Shown here: piece by piece, positions 9,199 through 18,394 of the stretch
Layout: the number at the start of each line of letters is the position of its first letter
Position numbering within the stretch: the first letter of the stretch is position 1
Assembly: GCA_009925925.1 (NCBI GenBank)
Contig: RFQA01000001.1
Location: forward strand, 1 to 54,689
Direction: 5' to 3'
Length of the DNA: 54,689 bases
Source: Betaproteobacteria bacterium
GTDB lineage: Bacteria > Pseudomonadota > Gammaproteobacteria > Burkholderiales > Burkholderiaceae_C
Position numbers and translations under genes: made by a program
Notes under the pieces: generated by a model
Database searches by the model: none
What the model was told of the DNA's origin: nothing
Seen by the model: only the letters and a program-made list of their open reading frames with translations

Positions 9199-11567
9199 TC
9201 GTAGTTATTGAAGCGGCTGTTAGAGCCACCTGTTTCACGCAAGTTCTGGTAACGCGAAATATTGGATTTCAGGGTCTGCAAGGGGCTGACTCCCAAGCGG
9301 GTAAAGCCGACGAACTCCAGCTCGAATTTGATGCTGCTGGTCGAGGATGTGCTGCTGGTTTGCACACGCCCCACCACGACCCGGGCCAGCCAGCAGCCCG
9401 CATCGTACTCGACGCCCAGCAGGGTATCGACCATGCGACTTTCATTCAAGCTGTAGTTGAGTCGGCCCACGGCATAGTAGCGGCCTTCGCCAAGGCCCTT
9501 GCCGGTTCCGGAGAACTGATCCGCATCTCCCCGCAAATCATTCAAAGGCCATTGCCAGCTGAAATCGATCTGCTCACTGACGTCGCGCTGGAAACGATAG
9601 GCAGCGTTGAATACCCGGTACGGCGATGGCGTGTAACGCGCGCCCACGGTGGCTCGGCTGGACTGGGCCGTCAACGGGTTGTACTGCACGGTAGAGTCCA
9701 GACCCCATTGGCGCGAGAAATTGACACCTGCGCCCAACATCACATCGCTCCACCCCGCCAAAGCCGGGGACGCAGTCGAGTTCAAGGTGACCAACTGGTC
9801 TTCAAACCGGTAACGCTGGGCCACTCCAAAGCGGGCCAGTTGCTCCCCAGTCTGCGCGTCCAGGAAGCGGGTGGTCAGACCGAAAGTGACCAGGTTGTTG
9901 TCAGAAATCTTGTCGTGACCGACATACGCGTTCTCGGTAAAGATACTGGCGAAATTGAAGTCGCTGGCAGCCGTGTCGTAATTGGGCAAGTAGCTTTGGT
10001 TACGGTAAGGCGTGCGCACATAGAACAGGCGCGGTTCCAGGGTCTGGACCATATCCCGGTCACGCCAGGCGGTCTCGCGCTCAAAGACCAATCCGGCATC
10101 CAAACTGAAGGTCGGTACCGTGCTGTCGGCGGAGCGATTGCCATTGCTGAGCGTTGAGTCAAATTGGTATGCCGATGTATGCAACTGCAACTTGGGCGTG
10201 ATGTAGCCCTCCGGTGCAATGAACGGCCGGCTCACTTGAGCCAAGCCATACAACCGCTGAGTATTTGGTTGTTTGGTCAGACTTTTATCGGACTCAAACT
10301 GCGACATATCGCCTTGCACAGACCAGTCAAAGCCGCGGTCGTTGAGCTGGCTGTACAGCACATTCAACTGGGTCTGGTCGTAGGGCGGCGTAATCACCGA
10401 ACTGCTGGACTGCAAGGTTTGCCACTTCAGGGAACGTCCTGTCACGGTGTAGCCTGAGCGCGCCCACGTCGCTTGCATGTCATTGGCCAGGGTACGCGAC
10501 GTCAGGGACCCAATGCTGCTGAAGTCACTCCAATAGTTGTCATCACTCACCCGGTTCAGGTTCAGGGTGTAGGCCACATTTCCGAGGTCCGTTCCGAGAT
10601 TGCCGGTTTGGTTCACCGTCGCGCCCCAACGGTCGGCGCTGCGCAGTTTGTCCGATGGCATGTAATTCGCCCGCAGCACACCGGAATAGGTGGGCTCGAG
10701 GTAACTGAACTCACCGGCCACGGTCACGCCCCGGGCCGTCATCACCGTAGGGGTAACCGTCGCAGCCCTGTTGGGCGCAATATTCCAGTAGTAAGGCACA
10801 CTCAGTTCGGTGCCATTCACGTCGCCTAGCCCGATGGTGGGCGGCATGATACCGGATTTGCGGGCGTCGCTCAAAGGGAAGCTGATCGCCGGCACCGGCA
10901 GGATGGGCACATCCATGAAGTGCAGGTAAGCGCCATGGGCAATGCCCACATCTTCGCCGGTATCGAACTCGATTTCCGCTGCCCGCAAGACCCAGTCAGG
11001 CACCCCAACAGGTCCCGGTTTACGCCGGCAGGTGGTGTAGGTGGCATTGCGCACGACGGTGCGGTCCGGATCAATGAACTCCGCCTTGGACGCATCACCA
11101 TGTGCATCGTTCTGCACAAAACGATAGGTCGGTGACTCGAATGTCCCCTCAAAGGCTTCGACCTTGAGGTCCAGCGACGGACCCTCAAACACATTGCCAT
11201 TGCGGTTGATGCGGACGTTACCAAAAGCCCGAGCCCGGTCGTCCGGTGCGTAGTACTCCAGCCGATCCGCTTTGATCACGGTACCGGGCTTGCGCATTTC
11301 CGCCTGGCCCTGGACGATGGTTTCCAGGTCAGGACGTCCGGTGATCTGCTCACCCATCAGGAAAACTGGCACGCCATCCCGCTGGGCTGGGCTTAGGCCC
11401 TCCTGCAAGCGCGGAGAGCTGTTGAGCGTGAGTGGTGTTTCGTCCGGAGTTTCCTGCGCCTGAACGGACATCTGCGCGCATGCCAAGGCCACCAGAGCCA
11501 CAAGGCGGGTCAGCGGTGGCCGGCAGACGGGCGCCCCGGGGGGCAGGGCGCGCAAAGGAAAAAGCAT
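9195..11567 (-). CDS. lptD: LPS assembly outer-membrane protein LptD
   Basis: OstA-like N-domain, YTTC, PYYWNIAPN, TLEPRLFYV, EYDAGCW; upstream of surA. Confidence 0.94.
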   Translation of the reverse strand: MLFPLRALPPGAPVCRPPLTRLVALVALACAQMSVQAQETPDETPLTLNSSPRLQEGLSPAQRDGVPVFLMGEQITGRPDLETIVQGQAEMRKPGTVIKADRLEYYAPDDRARAFGNVRINRNGNVFEGPSLDLKVEAFEGTFESPTYRFVQNDAHGDASKAEFIDPDRTVVRNATYTTCRRKPGPVGVPDWVLRAAEIEFDTGEDVGIAHGAYLHFMDVPILPVPAISFPLSDARKSGIMPPTIGLGDVNGTELSVPYYWNIAPNRAATVTPTVMTARGVTVAGEFSYLEPTYSGVLRANYMPSDKLRSADRWGATVNQTGNLGTDLGNVAYTLNLNRVSDDNYWSDFSSIGSLTSRTLANDMQATWARSGYTVTGRSLKWQTLQSSSSVITPPYDQTQLNVLYSQLNDRGFDWSVQGDMSQFESDKSLTKQPNTQRLYGLAQVSRPFIAPEGYITPKLQLHTSAYQFDSTLSNGNRSADSTVPTFSLDAGLVFERETAWRDRDMVQTLEPRLFYVRTPYRNQSYLPNYDTAASDFNFASIFTENAYVGHDKISDNNLVTFGLTTRFLDAQTGEQLARFGVAQRYRFEDQLVTLNSTASPALAGWSDVMLGAGVNFSRQWGLDSTVQYNPLTAQSSRATVGARYTPSPYRVFNAAYRFQRDVSEQIDFSWQWPLNDLRGDADQFSGTGKGLGEGRYYAVGRLNYSLNESRMVDTLLGVEYDAGCWLARVVVGRVQTSSTSSTSSIKFELEFVGFTRLGVSPLQTLKSNISRYQNLRETGGSNSRFNNYD

Positions 11568-11657
11568 GAGACGAAGGGCAGAAACCAGGAGTTGGATCAG
11601 GAACCCACACGGGGCCGCACAAGGCAGCAGAGCGTGGCTTTGTAGAATGGATTATCC

Positions 11658-12875
11658 ATGACCCCAAGCCCTCACACCGTGTCCTCAGCCACGCTCCCTT
11701 CCCTTACCGCCTCCGCCGCTCCCGCCCTGCAAGCGATTGTCTGGGCTGATACTGCCCGCGAACAACGCTTCCACGCGTGGTTCAAAAGCCTGAAATCCGG
11801 TTTTTCGCTGGAGCCGGCGACGCTGGGTTTGGCCTCCGCCGATGCCAGCTTTCGCCGCTATTTCCGGGTGCAAAGCGGTCGGGGCAGTCTGGTGATCATG
11901 GATGCCCCCCCTGAGAAAGAGAACTGCAAACCTTTCGTCGACATTGCCGCCCTGCTGAACCACGCGGGGCTGCGTGCCCCGAAGATACTGGCTTGGGACG
12001 AAGCCGACGGCTTCATGCTGCTCACCGACTTGGGCACGCTCACCATGATGCAGACCATAGACCCGGCAAAGCCACCGCTGGACCTGTACCTGCATGCCGT
12101 CGACACCCTGGTGCAATGGCAGCTGGCCTCGGCCCCGGGTGTACTGCCGCCGTATGACGAAGCTTTACTGCGCCGCGAGCTGGAGCTTTTTCCTGAGTGG
12201 TACATAGTCCGCCACCGGAACATCACCCTGGATGCACCCATGCGCAAGACGCTGGACGACACCTTTGCCCTGTTGATCCAGAACAACCTGTCCTGGCCGA
12301 GTGTCTATGTGCACCGGGACTTCATGCCGCGCAATCTGATGGTGCCGGATCACAACATGGCCCCCACGCTCCCCGCTGTGCAGGGTTCGCTGCCCCCCGA
12401 GGGGGCGCAACCCGCCTTGGGACGGCCCGGCGGCGGGTTCGGTGTCCCTGCAACCGACCCGCGCTACCTCGGTGTGCTGGACTTCCAGGACGCCGTCTAC
12501 GGCCCCATCACCTACGACATTGCCAGCCTGATGCGCGATGCGTTTTTGACCTGGGACGAGGACTTCTGCCTGGATGTGACCATCCGCTACTGGGAAAAAG
12601 CCCGCAAAGCCGGCTTGCCGGTAGGCGACGATTTCGGCGAGTTTTACCGTGGCGTGGAATGGATGGGCCTGCAACGCCACCTCAAGATTGCCGGCATTTT
12701 TGCCCGCCTGACCCTGCGCGATGGCAAGCCCAAATACCTGGCCGACACGCCCCGCTTTATCGACTACATCCGCAGCACCTGCAGCCGCTACATCCAGCTC
12801 AAGCCCTTGCTGCGTTTGGTGGAAAAGGTGGAGGGCATTGAGGTGCCGAATGTGTTCGCCTTCGGTCGCTCTTAG
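11658..12875 (+). CDS. amgK: Aminoglycoside phosphotransferase-family kinase (anomeric MurNAc/GlcNAc kinase AmgK-like), with an internal insertion
   Basis: ASADASFRRYFR, MDAPP, HRDFMPRNLM, LDFQDA, QRHLKIAGIFARL; divergent from lptD as is typical for amgK. Confidence 0.85.
   Translation: MTPSPHTVSSATLPSLTASAAPALQAIVWADTAREQRFHAWFKSLKSGFSLEPATLGLASADASFRRYFRVQSGRGSLVIMDAPPEKENCKPFVDIAALLNHAGLRAPKILAWDEADGFMLLTDLGTLTMMQTIDPAKPPLDLYLHAVDTLVQWQLASAPGVLPPYDEALLRRELELFPEWYIVRHRNITLDAPMRKTLDDTFALLIQNNLSWPSVYVHRDFMPRNLMVPDHNMAPTLPAVQGSLPPEGAQPALGRPGGGFGVPATDPRYLGVLDFQDAVYGPITYDIASLMRDAFLTWDEDFCLDVTIRYWEKARKAGLPVGDDFGEFYRGVEWMGLQRHLKIAGIFARLTLRDGKPKYLADTPRFIDYIRSTCSRYIQLKPLLRLVEKVEGIEVPNVFAFGRS
12358..12440 (+). 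repeat. GC-rich palindromic element inserted in-frame in amgK
   Basis: gccccc-cga-gggggc hairpin (12392-12406) and aacccgcc/ggcgggtt inverted repeat (12409-12416 / 12432-12439); encodes MAPTLPAVQGSLPPEGAQPALGRPGGG. Confidence 0.65.
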
Positions 12876-12876
12876 T

Positions 12877-12931
12877 GAAATCATGCCCTGGCTCCCGTCG
12901 AATGTGCGCGTGCAGCTCCTGAATTTATAGC
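12877..12931 (-). repeat. Dispersed motif, copy E (amgK-rsmE intergenic)
   Basis: Reverse complement: gctat aaattca ggagc tgcac gcgc acattcgacggga gcc agggcatgatttc. Confidence 0.75.
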
Positions 12932-12951
12932 AAGCTCCGGCTTCCCTTTTT

Positions 12952-13677
12952 ATGCCCCGTTTTTTCTGCGCTGCGGCGCTGGTCAGCGACACCGCTCTGG
13001 AACTGCCAGCCGGTGCCGCGCGCCATGTGCAGGTGCTGCGCCTGCAACCCGGCGACAGCATCACCCTGTTTGACGGGCAAAGTGCCGACGAGTTTGACGC
13101 CACCGTCACCCGCATGGGCCGCAGCGATGTAGCGGTTCAGGTCAGACAGCGCCGCACCGTGGCCCGCGAGCCGGCACGTCAGATTCATCTCGCCGTGGGC
13201 ATGCCCGCCAACGACCGCATGGACTGGCTGGTGGAGAAGGCCACCGAACTCGGTGTGGCCAGCATCCAGCCCCTGATGACGGAGCGCAGCGTGCTCAAGC
13301 TCAGTGGCGAGCGGGCTGAGAAGAAAGTGGCTCACTGGCAAAGCGTAGCGGTGGCGGCCTGCGAACAGTGCGGTGGAAACCTGGTGCCGGTGGTACATCC
13401 CCTGCAAACGTTGGCTCAGTGGCTCAAAGGCCTGAGCGCGCAATCAGTTACCCCGCAACGTTTGCTACTCTCTTTGCGTCCCGGTAGCACCCCGGTAGCT
13501 TCCTTGCCAGCCGGACCGGCACCGGCCTGGTTTCTATCCGGTCCCGAAGGGGGCTTGAGCAGCCATGAAGAAGAGGCCGCTATTGCTGCCGGCTTCTCCC
13601 CCGCCTCTCTGGGTCCCCGCGTTCTGCGGGCCGAAACCGCTGCACTGGCAGCACTCACCTTACTGACTCAACCATGA
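12952..13677 (+). CDS. rsmE: 16S rRNA m3U1498 methyltransferase
   Basis: HVQVLRL, EKATELGV, AACEQCG, GPEGG, LGPRVLRAETA. Confidence 0.95.
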   Translation: MPRFFCAAALVSDTALELPAGAARHVQVLRLQPGDSITLFDGQSADEFDATVTRMGRSDVAVQVRQRRTVAREPARQIHLAVGMPANDRMDWLVEKATELGVASIQPLMTERSVLKLSGERAEKKVAHWQSVAVAACEQCGGNLVPVVHPLQTLAQWLKGLSAQSVTPQRLLLSLRPGSTPVASLPAGPAPAWFLSGPEGGLSSHEEEAAIAAGFSPASLGPRVLRAETAALAALTLLTQP

Positions 13678-14843
13678 ACCGCAGCCTTTGGCTACTCGCT
13701 CTGTGCCAAGGGCTATTCCTCACCAACAACGTCACCTTTATTGCCATCAACGGCCTGGTGGGTTTGAGCATGGCCCCCTACGGGTGGATGGCGACTTTGC
13801 CTGTCATGGGCTATGTGGTGGGCGGTGCTTTGGCGACGCCCCTGGTGGCCGCTACGCAGGCGCGCTTCGGGCGACGCACCTCTTTCCAGATCGGGCTGGC
13901 AGTGGCCGTGGCATCCGCGCTGGCCGGCGCGTGGGCCGTGGCTGCACATCAGTTCTGGGGCCTGGTCGCCGCGACCGTCGTAGCCGGCTACTACAGCGCC
14001 AACGGCCAGCTCTACCGTTTTGCAGCGGCAGAACTGGCATTGCCTGCCTTCCGGGAAAAAGCTGTTTCTCTGGTGCTAGCGGGCGGCCTCATCGGTGCGA
14101 TTGCCGGGCCCAACCTCGCGGCCCGCACACGCACGCTCATGGAGGTGCCGTTCACGGGTGCCTACCTGGTGCTGGCCGGCGTGGGGCTGCTGGCCATGGT
14201 GCTGATGGCGTTCGTCCGTTTCCCGGCACATCAGGCGCCGAATGCGGCAACCTCTACCGGTCGCCCCCTGAGCGAGATCGCGCAGCAGCCGGCATTCGTC
14301 GTGGCTTGCCTGAGCGCCGCCATGGGCTACGGAGTCATGAATCTGCTCATGGCAGCCACGCCGTTGGCCATGCAGCAATGTGGTCTGGGTTTTGACGACG
14401 CAGCCTTCGTGCTGGAGTGGCATGTCATCGGTATGTTTGCACCGGGGTTTTTCACCGGTCACCTGATCAAGCGCTTCGGCACCTTGCACATCATGGCCGT
14501 CGGTGTGGCGCTCAATCTCTTGTGTGTGGCCATCGCGCTGAGTGGTGTGGAACTGCAGCAGTTTGTGCTGTCTTTGTTCCTGCTGGGTGTAGGTTGGAAT
14601 TTCTTGTTCACCGGCAGCACCACATTGGCGCTGACGGCTTATCGCCCCGAGGAAAAAGACCGGGCCCAGGCGGCCGTCAACTTCTGCGTGTTTGCCGTGA
14701 TGGCTCTGAGCTCATTGGCCTCAGGCGCACTGGTGGTGACGCAGGGCTGGACATGGCTGAACATCGGCTCCATCCTTCCACTGGTCATCACCGCAGCTGG
14801 CCTACTGTGGCTGCAGGTCAAAGGCCGAGCAGCGCGTCCTTGA
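13674..14843 (+). CDS. MFS transporter
   Basis: About 12 hydrophobic segments; RFGRR loop, YRFAAAE, GWNFLF. Confidence 0.88.
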   Translation: MNRSLWLLALCQGLFLTNNVTFIAINGLVGLSMAPYGWMATLPVMGYVVGGALATPLVAATQARFGRRTSFQIGLAVAVASALAGAWAVAAHQFWGLVAATVVAGYYSANGQLYRFAAAELALPAFREKAVSLVLAGGLIGAIAGPNLAARTRTLMEVPFTGAYLVLAGVGLLAMVLMAFVRFPAHQAPNAATSTGRPLSEIAQQPAFVVACLSAAMGYGVMNLLMAATPLAMQQCGLGFDDAAFVLEWHVIGMFAPGFFTGHLIKRFGTLHIMAVGVALNLLCVAIALSGVELQQFVLSLFLLGVGWNFLFTGSTTLALTAYRPEEKDRAQAAVNFCVFAVMALSSLASGALVVTQGWTWLNIGSILPLVITAAGLLWLQVKGRAARP

Positions 14844-15417
14844 GCTTGAAGTCGGCCGGGACCGGGCCGATCCAGATCTTGAGCACCATGTCGAAAAACT
14901 CAGCGTCTCCGATGGGCGCGCCTTGGGCTTGGCCTTGAATGTAAAAGGTAGTGCCTTTGCCGGGCACAAATTCCATGGCGAAGGTATCGCCTGCCGTGAG
15001 CTTAGGCTTGCCCGAAAAAATCTCGATCAAGCGGGTGCTGGATGCGGCGTGCTTTTGCACTTGGTCCGCCGGCGAATTGCTGGACAGGCCTTTGATGAAA
15101 GCGATACCGAGGTCCGTGCCCGGCAGATCGCGCAGCGCCACGAAACTGAGGCGCTTGGGGCCCGGCATCGCAATGATGGCCTCAGGGGTGTTGCCCTTGG
15201 CAGAGGTATACAGCGCCATGTCGTACACACGGAAAATCGCCTTGTAGCGGGTACCCGCGCCATTGAGCTGCAAAGGCACGCCCTGCACCGCGGCTTTCGC
15301 TTCGAAGTTGCTGCTCACCGTCGCCGCATGGGCTTGCACTGCCACCGTCCCGATGGCACTCCAAAGAGCCAGTGTCAGGACACTGGCGCAGAGGTGATGG
15401 TGTGTTGGTGTTGTCAT
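14818..15417 (-). CDS. Chalcone isomerase-like periplasmic protein
   Basis: Signal peptide; LQLNGAGTRYKAIFRVYDMALY, IWIGPVPAD..LKDALLG; GGAGA RBS before ATG 15417. Confidence 0.8.
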   Translation of the reverse strand: MTTPTHHHLCASVLTLALWSAIGTVAVQAHAATVSSNFEAKAAVQGVPLQLNGAGTRYKAIFRVYDMALYTSAKGNTPEAIIAMPGPKRLSFVALRDLPGTDLGIAFIKGLSSNSPADQVQKHAASSTRLIEIFSGKPKLTAGDTFAMEFVPGKGTTFYIQGQAQGAPIGDAEFFDMVLKIWIGPVPADFKLKDALLGL

Positions 15418-15446
15418 CTTTTTCTCTCCCTTTTCGCTTGTAAAAA

Positions 15447-17504
15447 TTATGTTCGTCGGTTCAGGAGCCACTGCTCCAAGGCCTCCACCGTCAGTGGTTT
15501 TGCGATCCAATAACCCTGCAGGGTGTGACAGCCGATGTCCTGCAGGAAGGCACGCTGCTCTTCGGTCTCCACCCCCTCAGCGACCACATTCAGGCTTAAG
15601 GCCTCGGCCAATCCCACCACGCCTTTGACAATGGCGCGAGAGTCGCTGTCGGTGGCCGTATCGTTAACGAAAGAGCGGTCGATCTTGAGCTGGTTGGGTC
15701 GCAGGCGCTTGAGATAGGCCAGCGAGGAATAGCCGGTACCGAAGTCATCAATCGCAATGCCGACACCGATCTGGCGCAAGCGTTCGATGATGCGCTGGCT
15801 GGTTTCGGTTTCCGCCATCAGCACACTCTCGGTGATCTCAATTTCAAGGCGCTGCGGGGGAATGCCACTGGCGTCCAGCGCGGCCTGCAGACTGTCGAGC
15901 AAGCGGTGGTCACGGAACTCCAGCGCTGACACATTGACCGCCATGTTGCCGATATGGATGCCACGCGCGGACCAGTCCGCCAACTGGCGGCAAGCTTCCC
16001 GGAGAGTCCAGACACCCATCTCGGCAATACGCCCCGACTCTTCTGCAAGCCCGATGAACTGGGCGGGATACAGCAGGCCACGGGTCGGATGCTGCCAGCG
16101 CACCAGTGCCTCTACCGCTACCATCTCGCCGGTTTTGGCGCAGACCTGCGGCTGGTAATGCAGCACCAGCTGGTCATGGCCGATCGCGTAAGCCAGCTCC
16201 TGCTCCAACTCCAGGTTGGCCTGCAGGCGGGAATTCAGCTCGGAGTGGAAGTAGCTGTACCTGGCGCGCCCCAGCGTCTTGGCTTGGTACACCGCGATAT
16301 CGGCATGCTTGACCAAGGTCTCAAAGTCCTGCCCATCTTCGGGGTAGAGAGAAATACCGATGCTGGCTGACACCTTGACGGGGGCATTGGCCAACACCAC
16401 CGGTGCCTCAATCGAGCGCAAGACCCGCTGCGCCATTTCGCCCAGAGACTCCCAGTGCTCAATGTCACGCACTAGCACCAAAAACTCATCGCCGCTCTGG
16501 CGGCAGACCACATCCACCTCGCGCAACACCTCGCGCAATCGACGCGCCACTTCAATCAGCAAGGCATCGCCGGCCGCGTGACCCATGGAGTCATTGACGG
16601 CCTTGAAGCGGTCCAGATCGATGAAAAAGATGCCAAATTGCTGTTGGTTGCGCTGTGCAGACAGCATTTCACGCTGCACCAGATCGATAAACAGCGAGCG
16701 GTTCGGCAAGCCGGTCAGCTGGTCGTAAAACGCCATTTGCTGCAGCTGCGCATTCTTGTTACCGAGCTGGGTGAACAGGCCGCGCAACTCCTCTTGCACA
16801 CGGCCCAAATGGCGACCTAACAGACCGAGCTCGTCCTGCCTGCGCCATACAAACACCTGGCCCGGGCCGTCGTCCCGACTGTGGTCCAGCAAAGCGCTGG
16901 CGTGTTCTTTCAGTCGCTCGATAGGCCGCAGCACGCGGGACACTAGCACCGGCATCAGCACCGCCAGAATGGCCAGCACCTGCAAGGCCACCAGCACCAG
17001 CATCTGGTCGCGCCGCGCCTGCAACAGGCCCTGGCCGTAAGAAGCGTCAAACCAGACCACCAGTGTGCCCAGGGGCTCCCCTGATCGGATCACACTTTGC
17101 GTGCGGCGGGTCAGTCGGCCGGCGGCCGTATCTTTGTCCAGTGAGCCCGCAAAGTCCGGCCGGATGCGCTCCATCTCCGGGGTATTGGCCAGCCCGTCCT
17201 CGATACGTACCGCTACGACTTGCGGGCTCTCCAGCAAGCGGGCGGCAGCGGCATCCAGAGCCACGCGATCCACCACCCACATCGGCTCGGCAATGGACAC
17301 ACTGCCGATCTTCATCAGCGCAGTTTCACTCTGGGCCAGCAAGGCTTTCTGGGACTTTTCCGCCAGTTGCTGCTCGAGGGTGAGCAACAGAATCGCAGGC
17401 AGAGTCACGCCGATCACCACCACCAACATCATGGTGTAGCGCAGGGGCAAGCCCTCGCGGATTCGCAAGCGCAACTTCTTCCAGCTCAACGGAATGGATG
17501 CCAA
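15447..17504 (-). CDS. Membrane-bound HAMP-GGDEF-EAL protein (diguanylate cyclase/phosphodiesterase)
   Basis: Two TM segments, HAMP (DELGLLG), DQLTGLPNR, SGDEF variant, EAL, DDFGTGYSS, LKIDRSF. Start uncertain. Confidence 0.9.
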   Translation of the reverse strand: MASIPLSWKKLRLRIREGLPLRYTMMLVVVIGVTLPAILLLTLEQQLAEKSQKALLAQSETALMKIGSVSIAEPMWVVDRVALDAAAARLLESPQVVAVRIEDGLANTPEMERIRPDFAGSLDKDTAAGRLTRRTQSVIRSGEPLGTLVVWFDASYGQGLLQARRDQMLVLVALQVLAILAVLMPVLVSRVLRPIERLKEHASALLDHSRDDGPGQVFVWRRQDELGLLGRHLGRVQEELRGLFTQLGNKNAQLQQMAFYDQLTGLPNRSLFIDLVQREMLSAQRNQQQFGIFFIDLDRFKAVNDSMGHAAGDALLIEVARRLREVLREVDVVCRQSGDEFLVLVRDIEHWESLGEMAQRVLRSIEAPVVLANAPVKVSASIGISLYPEDGQDFETLVKHADIAVYQAKTLGRARYSYFHSELNSRLQANLELEQELAYAIGHDQLVLHYQPQVCAKTGEMVAVEALVRWQHPTRGLLYPAQFIGLAEESGRIAEMGVWTLREACRQLADWSARGIHIGNMAVNVSALEFRDHRLLDSLQAALDASGIPPQRLEIEITESVLMAETETSQRIIERLRQIGVGIAIDDFGTGYSSLAYLKRLRPNQLKIDRSFVNDTATDSDSRAIVKGVVGLAEALSLNVVAEGVETEEQRAFLQDIGCHTLQGYWIAKPLTVEALEQWLLNRRT

Positions 17505-17537
17505 CGGAGTTACCCCGGGTTCAATGCTGGACTGCGC

Positions 17538-18380
17538 TCAAAACCGCTGTTCCAGCCAGCTGCGCATGGCGGCAAACACCGGTGTGGCATCTTTCTCATT
17601 GAAGATCTCATGGTACAGCGCATCAAAGCAGACCGAGGTCACCTGGTCTTTGGGAGCCGCAGCCACAAAGTCACGGCTGCCCTGCGGGTTCACCAGACGA
17701 TCATCCCCTGCATACATCAGCAAGGTGGGAACCTTCCATTGCGGGGCGGCGGCAACGGTAGCCGGCCCCTCGGTAGAGAAAAAGCGGGCCAAGCGGGCGG
17801 AGATGCGGTCATGCACCAGTGGGTCCGTGGTGTAGGCCTTCACCACGGCGGGGTCATGCGAAATGAAGGTGGGGTTCAGGCCATTGCCTACGCGCAAGTT
17901 AGGGGCGATTTTCGGCAACACCGCAACTAGGAATTTCTGGAAGGCATTCATGCCCGGATTCAGGGCAGGGGAGGACATGATGAGCGCCTCTACCTTGCGT
18001 AGACCTAAGGACACAAAGCGCCCGGTCACCAAACCGCCCATGCTGTGTCCCAACAGAATCAGCGGAGTGGCGGGTTCCATGCGGGCACGTGTACTGTCGA
18101 TGATGTCGGCCAGGTCATCCAGCATGCGGGTGTCGGAGGGCAGACTACCGGGCAAGCCGCTGCTTTCGCCGTGGCCGCACTGGTCGTAGCCGCGCACTGC
18201 AAAGCCCCAGGCATTGAGTTGTTGCGCGACATGGTCATAGCGTCCGGCATGCTCGCCCAGCCCGTGGACGATGAGCACAACGCCGCGGGGCGTCACGCCC
18301 GGCTCCAATGGCCAATCCTGGACGGCGAGGTTTTCGCCGTCGCTGGCGGTGAAGGTACTCAGAGTGGATTCAGAAGCCAT
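17538..18380 (-). CDS. Alpha/beta hydrolase (lysophospholipase-like)
   Basis: HGLGEH, GHGES, GHSMGG nucleophile elbow, YHEIFNE. Confidence 0.9.
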   Translation of the reverse strand: MASESTLSTFTASDGENLAVQDWPLEPGVTPRGVVLIVHGLGEHAGRYDHVAQQLNAWGFAVRGYDQCGHGESSGLPGSLPSDTRMLDDLADIIDSTRARMEPATPLILLGHSMGGLVTGRFVSLGLRKVEALIMSSPALNPGMNAFQKFLVAVLPKIAPNLRVGNGLNPTFISHDPAVVKAYTTDPLVHDRISARLARFFSTEGPATVAAAPQWKVPTLLMYAGDDRLVNPQGSRDFVAAAPKDQVTSVCFDALYHEIFNEKDATPVFAAMRSWLEQRF

Positions 18381-18394
18381 GCGTTGCTACCGGT

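Noticed and set aside
14818-14843. 26-bp 3' overlap of the convergent MFS and chalcone-isomerase-like genes
   Set aside because: Short convergent overlaps are common.
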